Below are positions 36,437 through 49,297 of a stretch of 64,000 nucleotides of DNA, piece after piece. The DNA is taken from positions 32,178,001 to 32,242,000 of the forward strand of contig OX597829.1 of the NCBI GenBank assembly GCA_951406725.2, written 5' to 3'. The notes beneath the pieces were generated by a model. That model did not search any database and was not told the origin of the DNA. It saw nothing but the letters and a program-made list of their open reading frames with translations. The translations under genes and the position numbers were made by a program. The first letter of the stretch is position 1; each line of letters begins with the position of its first letter. Origin of the DNA: Octopus vulgaris. Its lineage: Eukaryota.

Positions 36437-37047
36437 GTGCATAGGTTTAAGGAAAGACATAATACCTGAACACACACATATATAATATCTATATCTATCT
36501 ATATTTATATATACACACACAAACACACACACATGGAAGGATATAAATATGTGTGTGTGTGTGTGTTACGTATATACCGTTAAGTGGTTCTCTCTCAGTG
36601 ACAAGCTGAACTGACGAGAAAGTACAGTAGTCTCGCTTTGCCAGCAACACTTGCTGGTTACTTTCTATGGGTGGGTAGCTAAATTATTATTATTTGTAAT
36701 TGTAACATACATACATATTAATTTCTCTCTACGTATAGTTTAATTTTTTGGCGAGCTTTTTTTTTTTTTACTTCTTAAAAAGAAAATTAAAAAAAAAAAA
36801 ACCTCATGACCAAGGGACAGAAAAAAAGAGGGAAATCTAAAGACTATCTCTTATTCAAACCCATTAAGAGAATAAAAATTAAAGGTGATAAATATATTTA
36901 ATTAATCAAGACTTTTTAAAAAACACAGAACATATTTTAAACCAAAGAAGCGAGGAATAGTGGAGTGGAAAAGCAATTTTTTTAAAAAATACAAACGAAC
37001 CAACAAAAATACCAAGAAGAGATAAAATATAACATAAGAAAACAACT

Positions 37048-37347
37048 ATGGATCCAGATATGGGGGAGACTGTGTATGGAACCCAAGAGGAAGGACACGT
37101 TATGTCGGAGAAGGTGCAGACACTGGCAGCTAGCGTCTACAAGGAGTTCGAACGGATGATCAAAAAATATGACGAGGACGTTGTCAAAGAACTGATGCCG
37201 TTGGTGGTTGGCATTCTGGAGAGTTTAGATAATGCATTCTCAGACAAGCAACAAATAGAGGTCGAGTTAGAACTGTTGCGAGATGATAATGAACAGCTTT
37301 TAACACAATACGAAAGGGAAAAACAGCTACGCAAGGCTGCAGAACAG
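37048..37347 (+). CDS. MAPK8IP3: First coding exon of JNK-interacting protein 3/4 (JIP3/JIP4; Sunday driver/UNC-16 orthologue), RH1 domain
   Basis: 100 codons, [61 protein letters not shown]...[30 protein letters not shown], match the JIP3/JIP4 N-terminal RH1 region. Donor CAG|GTACGT at 37347/37348 (phase 0). The ORF-track extension to 37413 is intronic. Invertebrates have one JIP3/4 gene, so MAPK8IP3 versus SPAG9 is a nominal choice. Confidence 0.95.
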
Positions 37348-38009
37348 GTACGTATCTTCAGTGTTGTAATTATTATGATTATGTCAGTGTCAGAAATTAT
37401 TATTATATTATAACTGGCAGAATCGTTAGAGTGCCGGACTATATGCCTCGAGGCATTTAGTTACGGCCCTTTACGTTCTGAGTTCGAATTCCACTTGGGT
37501 CTTTTCCTCTTTAAATGTGTAGCTTTTTGCCTATTCCTTTGTGCGCCGAGTAAAATGTCTTGCAGTATTTATTTATTTTTCTCCGAGTTCAGATCCCTGT
37601 GAGGTTAGTTTTGCCTTCCAAGGGTCTATAAAAAAATACCAATCTTGTACTGAGGTCGAGATAATCGACTCCGTACTCCCCACCACTACGCCTGCCAAAT
37701 CTGTCGTTGTGCCTCTAAGAAATTATTGATGTGTCAGGTGCTTGCATTCGTTGCTAATGTCGTGTCTTCGGTGAATCGGTTAACAGAACGCATATTCTAT
37801 TCTTCCTTGCTGTAATCACTTCAAATTAATATCCCCTTGGAAAACACATAACACCTCGTTTGCAATTCTCTAAATACCAAGTGGCCGAGAGAAATATATA
37901 ATCCGTATTGGATGTTTTTTTATATTTTGTCGACTTACATCAGTTCATCCTTCCTGGATTGATAAACTACCAGTAATATATTCATGCCAATTCAGCCGAC
38001 CGTACCTTC

Positions 38010-38051
<42 letters not shown>

Positions 38052-40579
38052 ATAAACAAACACAAATACATATGTAATATATAGGGTATAAATATATGTA
38101 TTGTATGTTTTGCATAAATGTATTTTTTTTATTGATGAGAGAGAAAATAAATGTCATTATATGCGTTATTGTTTTTCTGTTTGATATAATTTATTCCTAC
38201 TTAAAACCTCCCGCGGTGGCACTTGTAATCAATGCATAGTTAACTGCGGACCTTCTTTGCACATTTTCATACATTTTTACACCAAAATACGTATGCACAC
38301 ATACTTAAATAACCAGAAAACACACACACTTATATTTAATTACGAATTTTAGACACCCCTGCTGCTGAACATCATCTATTCTTTACGACCATGTCAAAGC
38401 TAGCTGCCTAATGACACTGATAATTTGTATAGTTGCCACTAACAAAAGCCATGTCTAATACAATTTGTTTAAAAAATTAAACAACCTCAGTTAAGGCCTT
38501 GTGAATTTGTCTCGAATAAGATGTGAATATTAAATTGTTTTAATTTAATTTTGTCATCTACAACATACATGTTTAAGGTCTGTGTCAACAGGACAATTTA
38601 TTGTATTTGTCGTGCCCTCCACTTATTTGTTTGAACAAATATTTTGGAAATAAGGGATTAAATTTCTGTGTCAGCTTATATATATATATATATATATAAA
38701 AACACACACATACTCCCCACCTAAGGGTAATAATGTAAAGGTTATAGTAATGAAATCTTGAGCATTTTGACACGTATGTCGTGGTTTGGTTGGGTCGAAT
38801 TTTTCTTTTTCTTAAGCTTGAGTGTTCTGTCTTTCGTTTTAGTCGAAAGATGACTCTTAAATATTTTTACGACAGCTTTAGCTGAAAGACTAGACTGACA
38901 TCTGTCCATCTGCCTCGTAATAAAAAAAAAAAGTGTACTACATATTTAATAAAAATTAAGCTGTAACTACGTGAATAGTTTCTATGCTGGTGTGTTTAAC
39001 TTATTAAATCCGTCAAACATACTCGCGAGCACGCTCACGTGTGAAGGAGCAGAGGAAAACCTCGGCCGTAATTCGACGTATAAAACAGTCAACAGGAAAC
39101 TATATTTAATTTTCAGTCAACTCGGACTCAGTTCTTTGTCAAAGCAGTTTCCTTTAATCTGTAGTTTCGTGACTAAAAAATATCGATTCCTTTCGACTAA
39201 GCAAAAGGCCAATTTTCTTATCTTTTTCTTTTTGTTGGAAAGGGCGTATGGCTGATTGAATCAAATCTCAACATTTTTCTTTTAGAAGCACTGTCGCCCC
39301 ACCGAAGACGGTGTCTTTAAGTTCGCTTGCTTGTGCTGCATTCTGGACAACGAACTAATGTAAAATGATGCGTATAGCTGGAAGGAAGCTCGTACGATGC
39401 AAAAATAACCTCTACTCCTTCCCGGTCAGAATGTTAATATAACTGTGAGAGGAGTAAATCGCCTCAGTTAACAAGCATAGTATTGCTGATACATATTTTT
39501 ATTGACAGTAAATGAAATATAAAATTAATTAGAATTAGAACTCAAAGAAACTAGTAGAACAAGTCATCTAAGTACATCACTATTACTGCCAACCTTTCCT
39601 CGAGTACCAGTAAAACGCCGAGGTTCATTCTAGTCATCTTTTCTTGCAGCAATTTACTCTTGTCTCTAAGTTAGAAATCTTTATTGATTTTTTTAATTAT
39701 TTTTTTTTATTTATGATAGTCAACATTTTGAAGGTGAGGATACTGCGGTCAATTGAATAGATTTCCGTGTATTACTGCTATTTAGCTACTGCAGTATATG
39801 ACAGGTATAACAATGGTGAAATCATTCTATTGAATAGACTTCCGTATATTGGTATTTGGCTACTGTTATATAACAGCAATAGTGTGATGTCAGTTGAATA
39901 CTCGTATATTCCTGGTACTTAGATATTACAATATATTACTGGTATAACAATTGAATAGATTTCCATGTACGATTAGTACTTAGCTATCCCAGTATATTAC
40001 TGGTACTGCAACAGTGGTAGAATGCATGGTGTACTGGGCTCCAGTGGTTTTTGAAATAAGAATAATTAGGAACGAAACTAAATGCCATATTGACATCACC
40101 AGAGACATTGCTTCTTTATTGTCTCTTTTAAAAGAAACAATGAAACTATTACATGGCCACTAAACAATGAATTGTTCTGTCAAATAGAAATTATTAAAAT
40201 TAATTTAACCACACTCCACTCTCTTTAAGAGCCACTTTTTGTGTATTCCACTCTTATTGTATAGAAACCCTTTAAAAATTGTAGCTAAAAGTAATATCTA
40301 GGCATTTATTACTTCCTCAGGCATTAAAACAAGATTTGGTTTATATTCGTAAAAACTGTTAAAACGAAATATAGCTCTATTAGAAAAGGTAACGCGTGAC
40401 ACGATATCACTTATTGCTTATTTTCATTTCCTTTACCCTAGCATATCACTATTACTAATGATATAGGGTTTTGGGCAGTCGCGATGGCACTTTTAAACAT
40501 CGACAGAATTTCAGGGTGGTATAGCAACTCTTGTATTGTAGAAAGAAATATAACACCTGTCTCGTTCCTAAATACCATC

Positions 40580-40780
40580 ATCATTGCTAGAAATAGCAGC
40601 TAAATCTCTCTCAAGCCACGCTCTATCGTTATTTTTTCATTATATAACGGATATATTACATAATTTAGTCGGAGATAAACTGTCCCAAACGATTGGATGG
40701 TCGTGGCTGGAATCTCTGATATATAGGTCATTTCATTTAGGGCTGACGTGGGTGCAAAACAATAGCGTTGTTGTTGTTTG
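40580..40780 (+). repeat. Dispersed repeat family (CTAGAAATAGCAGCCAAATCT...GGATGGTC.TGGCTGG...AAACAAC)
   Basis: Related degraded copies at ~100-310, 1460-1800(-), 1890-2110(-), 45010-45150, 45480-45680 and 52430-52620(-). Probably an old SINE or LINE tail. Confidence 0.6.
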
Positions 40781-43549
40781 TAACTCTTAGACAGTTCTCG
40801 GTGCCATCTTACATTTCTAACCGTATTTTAGCTTAGAACGTTTTCATAACTCTTCTTCCCCACTCGCCGTTCGTATTAATTTACTCTAACACCATCACTA
40901 AAGCGTACTTGAATATAAAATAACGATCTTCAATCACTAGCCATTTTAAAAACTGCCAGCATTTCTACTATAAAAAATATTCCACACTCTTGTGGCTGTT
41001 AGTATAACGTATCATGCTATGCCACTGCCAACACTACTGTAACTACCACTCCCATCCATCACTATCACCACGTCACGGATGTGAACCATTTGTTGTTCTG
41101 AAATGTGCTCTGTCAGTCGGTCGGTCGGGAATTTTTAAGATGTTTATCTAACTAACCCAGATTTCCCCCCACTTAAGCTGGCTGTAGGCAATTTTCAACA
41201 TCCTTGAATTCATGCTATAAACCTGTGCTTCCACGTTTTTGTCATTTTCTTAGCTTTGCTTGCTTGGAAACAGGAAACTTAAAGCTTATTTAGATGACAC
41301 TCACTCGCAGGTGGAAAAAAAAAATCTCTGGTCTTCATTATGAAATCTGAATATCTTTATAAGTAGTAATTGAGTTGAATTTGTATTAGGATTTGTATGA
41401 ATGCATGCATATACCCACACACATACTGATTTTTGTGTTTATACATATACACAAACATACTAATGTTTGTGTGTGTTTATACACAATGTATATACATATG
41501 TATACATGTGTACATACATCCACACATGTATTAGTACATGTATGCACACACACACTCACTCACTCTGTGTTTATCAGTCTCACTCATTTCAGGAGCATAT
41601 TTTTTTCCCACCATACCTTTATTGATAGCACTGTTTAAAGAATAGGATTGGCTTGTTAATAATTTGTTGGCGATAGAATTTGTGTGCTTTGCAGTATTGT
41701 TATGTTTATTTAGATTCTGAGTTCAAATTTTACTATCCAATTTTGTCAGTCATCTCTGCATTGATAAAATATTGTACCTTTTACAACTGGTGTCCATTTA
41801 ATGCAGTTGTTATCAAAATTTATCTTCTTGCAAACTTCATGTCTGGCAGTGTTGGCACACTGTGTGAAGAATATAGTGTTAAATGGTTGGATACCACAGA
41901 ACAACCATCACCATTTAGCATCTGTTTTCCATTTTGGCATAGGCTGAATGGTTTGACAGGAGAATGCAAGCCAAAAGACTGTGCCAAGCTCTATCTGCTT
42001 TGGCATGGTTTCTTCAGCTGGATGCCCTTCCTAATGCCAACCACTTTACTGTGTGGACTTGTTGCTGTGTGGCACCAACACATGTATTTGTTATAGTTAA
42101 AATCTTATTTTGTTCACTTTTGTTTCATCTGTCTGAGGTTGGTAAAGTAACAGTCAAGGTCAGGGTTCAATATAATTGACAGATCCCTTCCTATTATTGT
42201 CTGGCTTTGTGCTTGTTTTAACAAATTACTTTCACCTTTTAACATTCACGTTATTCTGTCAATTGTAGTGCTTATTATTCATAAGGTTTTGATTTAATCA
42301 TGCATTATTTTATAGCTTTAGGATTTTGATGAGGTAACTTAATTTTTACAATGACATTGTAGGGTTAGTGTGAGAGACCACATCTGGCCAGTTTGAACAT
42401 AAAATGGATAGAATATTTTGGCTGTAATTTCAAAATATATTTTAGTAATAATTCTGATTAGTTTTTTTTTTAATCATGCCTTTTATTACTGACTTAAGAT
42501 CAATGAATTACTCTCTTGTTGAAGTTAATGTATATTTGTAGTTAAGACTGATGTTGAGTTTACTTAGAAAGTAACATTTAGAATTTTGAACAACACATTC
42601 CATCATATATCCCAGCAAATCTGTAAATCAGTTATTTACATTACATCCATTTTCTGTTTTATTAGATGTTTTGCATCCATTCCAACCATGCTAGCTTAGG
42701 TAGAATTGGTTCTGTTGGAGCAAACGTATATATTTCCTGCTGTTAACCACTCGAATGTAAAGTGGGTGTGGCACCTGTTGTGTGCTAGCCAGCAGTTTTA
42801 CATATCTTTGTTTAGTCTTTTACTCAACCATATTGTCAGTAATCCAGTTCTTTAATTCCAGTCATTATGCCTTGTTTTTTTTAGAATGTCAATTCTGTCA
42901 AATTGCTTCTGCTAAATGGTTGATATGTAGGAAGAGCATTAAGCAAAATGTTCTATTTTTGTTTGTGGATTTATCTCCTGTGAGTGATTATGGAAATTTT
43001 AAGTTTTGTAATCATAACTGTTCAAATAACAATTTGATTAAGGCTGCCATATTTAATAAATCTTTGTAAAATTCATGATGAGATATTGCATAGTCAATGC
43101 CACTGTAATATCATCATCATAATTTAACGTCTGTTTTCCATGCTAGCATGGGTTGGACGATTTTGATATCTTTGAAACAAACCTAGTATTGGTGATATTC
43201 CCTGTTAACTTTAAACAGTAATAGTATTTCCAGTTATATGGTGATGAACATTATATTCTCAATCCAAAATATCCTCTTGATGCAGTCACAAGATTGATAT
43301 GAATTCCTTGTATGGCAGTTATGTAGATCAAATGTAAACTTTGTGAAGACATAGCTTGCCTCACCAGTTTTTTTTTCTTAGGGTGCATGTAAACTCTGAG
43401 ACTGAAATCACTTTAAATTTATATTCAAGTGAAATGTAATAAAGAGATGATCTGCTGTTAGCTGATTGCTAGTGATTGTCATGGGGCTTTTTTTTTTATT
43501 GATGGTTTAATACTTCTATGACTTCTGTATAGATGTATATGGCATTATG

Positions 43550-43581
<32 letters not shown>

Positions 43582-45158
43582 GTCTATCCACTTCACACCT
43601 GCTTGGAGAAATGGAAACTAAAACAATAAAAATTATGTATAATGTCACGTGTTTCAGTAGCTCACCCTGTCCTTTGGTATATCTAAGACTCTCTGGGGTG
43701 GTCAGTGTTAGGAAGAGTTCCCTGCTATAAAAACCATAAAAACAGTGAAACATGGTACAGTCTTCTGCCTAGTTAGTTCCTGTCAAACTGTCCAACCCAT
43801 GCCAGCAAGGAAAACGGATGATAAATGGTGATAATGTTTTCTCTGGTGCATCATTCTTTAAGATGGTAAGGTGTAATTTGGGGATTTGGCTGTTTAGTAT
43901 GTTGTTGATGCATTTAAGAGCTTAGCTTCTTCATTATAAACCACATGAGTTTCTAGTTATCTTAATCATTTTTTCTGTTTTGGTTTTATCTTCAGTAATG
44001 TTGCCAATCCTAATTACAATTTATGATGAGTGCCTAGCTCAAGGCATTAAATGTTTAATCATTGTATCAGCTGTTATGCTTGGCAGAAGCAATGACTAAT
44101 TTTCTTTCATGGCAATTGTAAATGAGTATCACCATCACACAAGTGGTGTTCTTCATTCTCTGTTTTCCATGGAAACCTGCCTAGCTGTAGGAAAACTGTA
44201 CCTTACTTGGAAACATTCACTCATAGGAAATCTGACTCAATGAATTCGTGTCTGACCTATGAAAGCTTGAGAAAATGGATGTTAAATTGATGCTATTATT
44301 ATAGGAATATGTGCAAGTATTACCATTTTACAGTAAGCTGCTTGATCTCATACTTGGTGATTTCCAACTTTTCTATGCTCATACATTGCTAGGAAATGTT
44401 CAATTTTCATCTCTTCTACTTACAGAAGTAAATATTACATTTGAAAATGAAAAAGTTAATTTTCTAATAAGTGGGATAATAAAGTTCTTGATGTGCTAGA
44501 TAGAAGTTATTTTATATTTAATTTTAATCTGGAAAGTTATTTTCATAAAGTATATACTTTTCCTTTTTGTTGTGCTATCTGAAATGCTGTCTTACACCCA
44601 TCAGATATCTTAGTTTGAGAACCTTTGAACTAACTAATCAGTTGTACGATTAGTTAGTGGGTATTCATCCTTATAAAGTGGGTATGTCATTAGGCCCTTT
44701 CTTGTATCTCTAGAAGTTCCTGTTTGTTATGCTTTCGATTAATCCTAAGAATCTACCATTTTACCTACTAAATTGGAGTAGATATTCTGTGTCCAAATTT
44801 TGTTCAGAAATGATGTCTTCCAAAGATGGTTATTTTCCTCCTCTTTTCTCTGTAATCATCACATATCAGTCAAAATGAATTAAATGGATCTGGCATACAG
44901 TATTCATTTTTTCAGATGCATTGTTTCGGTCCAGTTCTTTTTCCATTTATTTCTGCTACTTTTGCCTTTGACTTTACAAACCTACTTACAGCATATTTCT
45001 TCAGGGAGCTGTTATACTTGCTAGAAATAGCACCAAGGTCTTCCTCAAATTACACCATCCACTGTCTTAACAAAGGTATGGATAATGCAGTCCTGAATTT
45101 CCTGCACCTAAAGGGACAGGATGGTCATGGCTGGATGTATCATTGATCATATCAGGTT

Positions 45159-45411
45159 TGACTTGACTTGACTTGAGACAGCATTCACTCGGGGTGGGTT
45201 GAGCTGGCTTCATTCATCCTCAATGCTGCATCTCTCACAAACGCCGACCAGGCTTGGCGATTTGAGGCTAATGACTGCATGATCTCCAACCACTCCTTAT
45301 TCCAGTGGCGAACGCCGTAGATATGGGGGCCTAGGTTGGGTTTCAGATCAGCCTCGACTGTCATCAGCCAGGTTTTTCGTTGTCCACCACATCGCTTTTG
45401 CCAACCCTGTC
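45159..45411 (-). mobile_element. Short young RTE 3' end of a different family with (CAAGT)n tail and TSD
   Basis: The minus strand encodes GWQKRCGGQRKTWLMTVEADLKPNLGPHIYGVRHWNKEWLEIMQSLASNRQAWSAFVRDAALRMNEASSTHPE*, followed by TCAAGTCAAGTCAAGTC. Flanked by CAT(A/G)TCAGGTT at 45148-45158 and 45412-45422. Confidence 0.8.
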
Positions 45412-47021
45412 CATGTCAGGTTGATAGATGACTGGAGTTGGATAGGGGCTAAACAACTTCCTGTACATTTTGAGTCAAGGGAATCTCTTTGTGGCTATGC
45501 AACTTGTAAGAAATTGCAGCCAAATCTTTCTCAAACCTTACCCTCCCTTCTTTAAAAAAGATACATTAGATAATGAACTTAGATTTATTAAGTCTGAATA
45601 AAATATGAGGATGGTCACTATGAGATACCTTTCATTATAGGTCCATTCCTCAATTTGAGTTGATCTACTGCTAAAGAACTTAAATGTTTTGTCTGTACAG
45701 TAGTCTTATCTACTACATTCTTATCTCAATATATCTGGATACTCAGTTGGTCTTTTTTTTTCTCTAACATTGCATATTTAACAAGGCATATCCACTTTGC
45801 TTTCCTGGTGTTAAATCCTTTAGATATATTTGTTCATGAACACACCATTTCTGTTCTACCTCACTGAAGTCATTAACATTCTAGACTCAGTTTTGCCATT
45901 TTTCCTGGAACAATTTACTCCCTTCTCTCCCCAAAATGCATGGTTAAACAGTTTGATTTACAATGATGTAATTCCTTGTCCAGTCTTTGGTATCTTGAGC
46001 AGATATGTTCTGTCCCAGCCTTGGGTTTATTAATGACATGTACATGAAAGTATTTTTACTGTTGCTGTTGTATTAACTTTCCATCATGAGCTAAATTATT
46101 TCATGGTGTAAAGAATTTGGCAGTACTTTGTTGTTTTACTTTCATACAACACAATCTTTTAGATCAAGTTTTTAACTGTTATATTTTAATTTACCCTATT
46201 CACTTGTCTCTTAATCTTAGACATTCCTCTTTTATCAAAAAACAAAGCAAAAACAAAACAAAAACCAACTTCAGTAGATTCAACAAAGATCATCTCTCTC
46301 ATCATTTAAATATTAGCTGTTTCTATGTTCTCACTTTCTTAATTTTTCAAGGCTTATAGAATTTAGCTATACTAATAATATGGACTCAGCTTAACCAAAT
46401 GGTCATGGAAGTTACTTTGCATTCATGAAAGCCTGGGTTTGAGCTCACTGCCTGGGATCTTAGGCGTGTATCTTGGGTCAGTCCAAGCATTGTAATTGAA
46501 ACTGAGTGGAGGTTGTGCAGAAACTCATCAGATACATTGTGCCTGCTATTCAAAAGGCATGACTTTGTTGTTCACTGTGTCCTGCTGATTTTATCTGTGA
46601 ATTAGAGTTACACGTGTCTGTGGAATGCTCAAACATGTTAATTCACTGAACAGGTGATCCAGTTGACTGAACAAATGAATCCCCATTCTCAAAACTGATT
46701 ATTAGTTTTTACTTAAAACTAATAATTCATGTAATGTTTTTGAGTTATTTCCTAGAACTAGACATGGTTTTCTGGTTTTGATCATAGTATATTCAATACT
46801 GTAAAACTACTTAATCTTGTTCTTTACTTTATTTCAATGACTTTTGTAACATAATGCATTTTTATAAAAAATGAACTCAATGTAGTTGTTATGGCAGTAT
46901 TGGTAACAGACAATAGAGTAGTGGACTGCCCAAGACACCAAGTGTCTTCTGTATCCCTGGGCTAACTAAAGCCTTGTGAGTAGATTTAGTAGACAGAAAC
47001 TAAAAGTAGCCCATCATATTT

Positions 47022-47092
<71 letters not shown>

Positions 47093-49254
47093 CACATGCA
47101 TGGCTGTGAGGTAAGAAGCTTGCTCCCCAACCACATGATTCTGAGTTTAGTCACCACTGTGTATGGCACCTTGGGCAAGTGTCTTCTATAACCTTGGGAT
47201 TTGATAGATGGAAACTGAAAGAAGCCCATTGTTTATATTTGTGCGCTTCTCCACCACCACTTCTTGGCAACTGGTTTGGTGTGTTCACATCCCTGTAACT
47301 TAGTGGTTCAGCAAAAGAGACTGCTAGAAAAAGTACCAGGCTTTAAAAAAAAAAGAAAAGCACTGGTGTCAATTTATTCAAGTAAAAATTTCTCAAGGTT
47401 CTTGACATTTCCATTTTTCTTTAATTGTACCTTCAAATATTTGAGATGATGTATGTAAAATATAGTAACAGCTTCTCTTCATTTGTTTACCTCCAGCAGT
47501 TAGTCCTCAGCTACCTTTTCCACAGTTGTTAGGTGGGATATTGAAGAAGGATATAGCCACCTTGGAGTAACAATAGCATTTCTTAGACATACTCTTTGGA
47601 TGGTGATTTTTCTGAGTTTGGACTACAGGATCTGTTTGGGTTTTCTTGTTCCTAACGTCCATTTTTACACACCCCAGTTTACAATGTTCATGTTTTCCAA
47701 TGGTCTAGCTTCTGATGGATTTTGTTTTTACCAATACATCACCCTGCTTGTATGTTGTAATGATTACATTCCATAGAAATCATTGGTGTTATTTAAAAGG
47801 AAGGTATCTATTTAGTTGCTAAGTTAAGATTACTTTGTATGTTGAACATGTAAAACTCCAAACTTGTATTATGCCTGGTACTAGTAGTTGTGCTTGCTTG
47901 CCTTAATGTATCCTCTTTATTGATTAGTAATATTAAGGGTGTTTAATTCTGTCTGTATTTGCATGGGAACTCACCTAGCTCACTAATGTGTCAAAATTTT
48001 GGAATGTAATAAATCAAGCCAAACATCAAATGGATGTATTGCATACCCCCAACCAACATATCCACCCCCACCACAACGGAAAAGTTACTTCTGTCCTGTT
48101 TTTGTCCAATTCAATTGATTGCTTTGGTGTTTTAGAAACTAATGAAGCTAGCAAGTCCAAGATTTTCAGTGATCATTAAGCAAAAACATATTTTTATATA
48201 TTTATTATACTTTTTAGAATCTATCTTAATCCTCACATTTAAAATATAATAGAAATGTTTATATTACAATGTGCAAAGCAACACAGTATTTTTTCAGACA
48301 TTGGTGGTTACAAAGTCCACATGTGTCCACTCCACCCCCTATATGGTTAGATAACCATTTCAGATATTTGTGGTTTTAATTATAGTAAAAGATTGAAACC
48401 ATACATGTAGAAAAATATGTTCACGCATAAGTTATGTAATAGCACAGTATCTTTGACATTGGCAATTATTATAACTGTTATTATACATTCCAATATTGAC
48501 CACATAGGTAGAGTAGTATGTTTATGCACACACATACGCACATACAATTAAAATATACTTTAGATATTAGTGTCTGTATTAATAGTTGTATAAGATATTT
48601 TCATACTGGCAACATGTAGAGAAATGTGTTCATATACATGTAGTGGCATAAAAAGGCAACTTTTGAGATATCAGCGACTACAGTAATAGGCAGTTTATTA
48701 GTCTAATTGTATAATAAACACACACTGATATTGACATGTAGAGAAAAATGCTCAAATATAGTTACATAGTACTTTTCGGATCACTGATTATCATAATCAG
48801 TACTATAAAATACATTTACGCATGTGCGCACACACACACACACAATTTCATGTATTATAATACACTATATTTCATGCATTAGTGGTTATGATAATAATAT
48901 AAAGACAACACATGGCGGTTATGATAATTAGTACTATAAAGTACAGTCTTAATATCGTTGACGTGTAAAAATATTCAAATATATAATTAAATATCACATC
49001 TGTTAACATATTGGTAACTATAGTGATAGTCATTAGTATACAATATATTCTAATACTGACCATATATTTAGAGAAATATTTTTATACATATAGTTGCATC
49101 ACAAAATCTTTCAGCTGTTGGTAGTTATTCATCCACTTGTTCTAATACTCATTTTTTCCATGCTGGAATGGATTACAGTAATACATTAGCGATGCATTGT
49201 TTTATAGTTAAATACCCTTCCTGTCATTTTTTTTTTTTTTTTTTTTTTTTTGAA

Positions 49255-49297
<43 letters not shown>

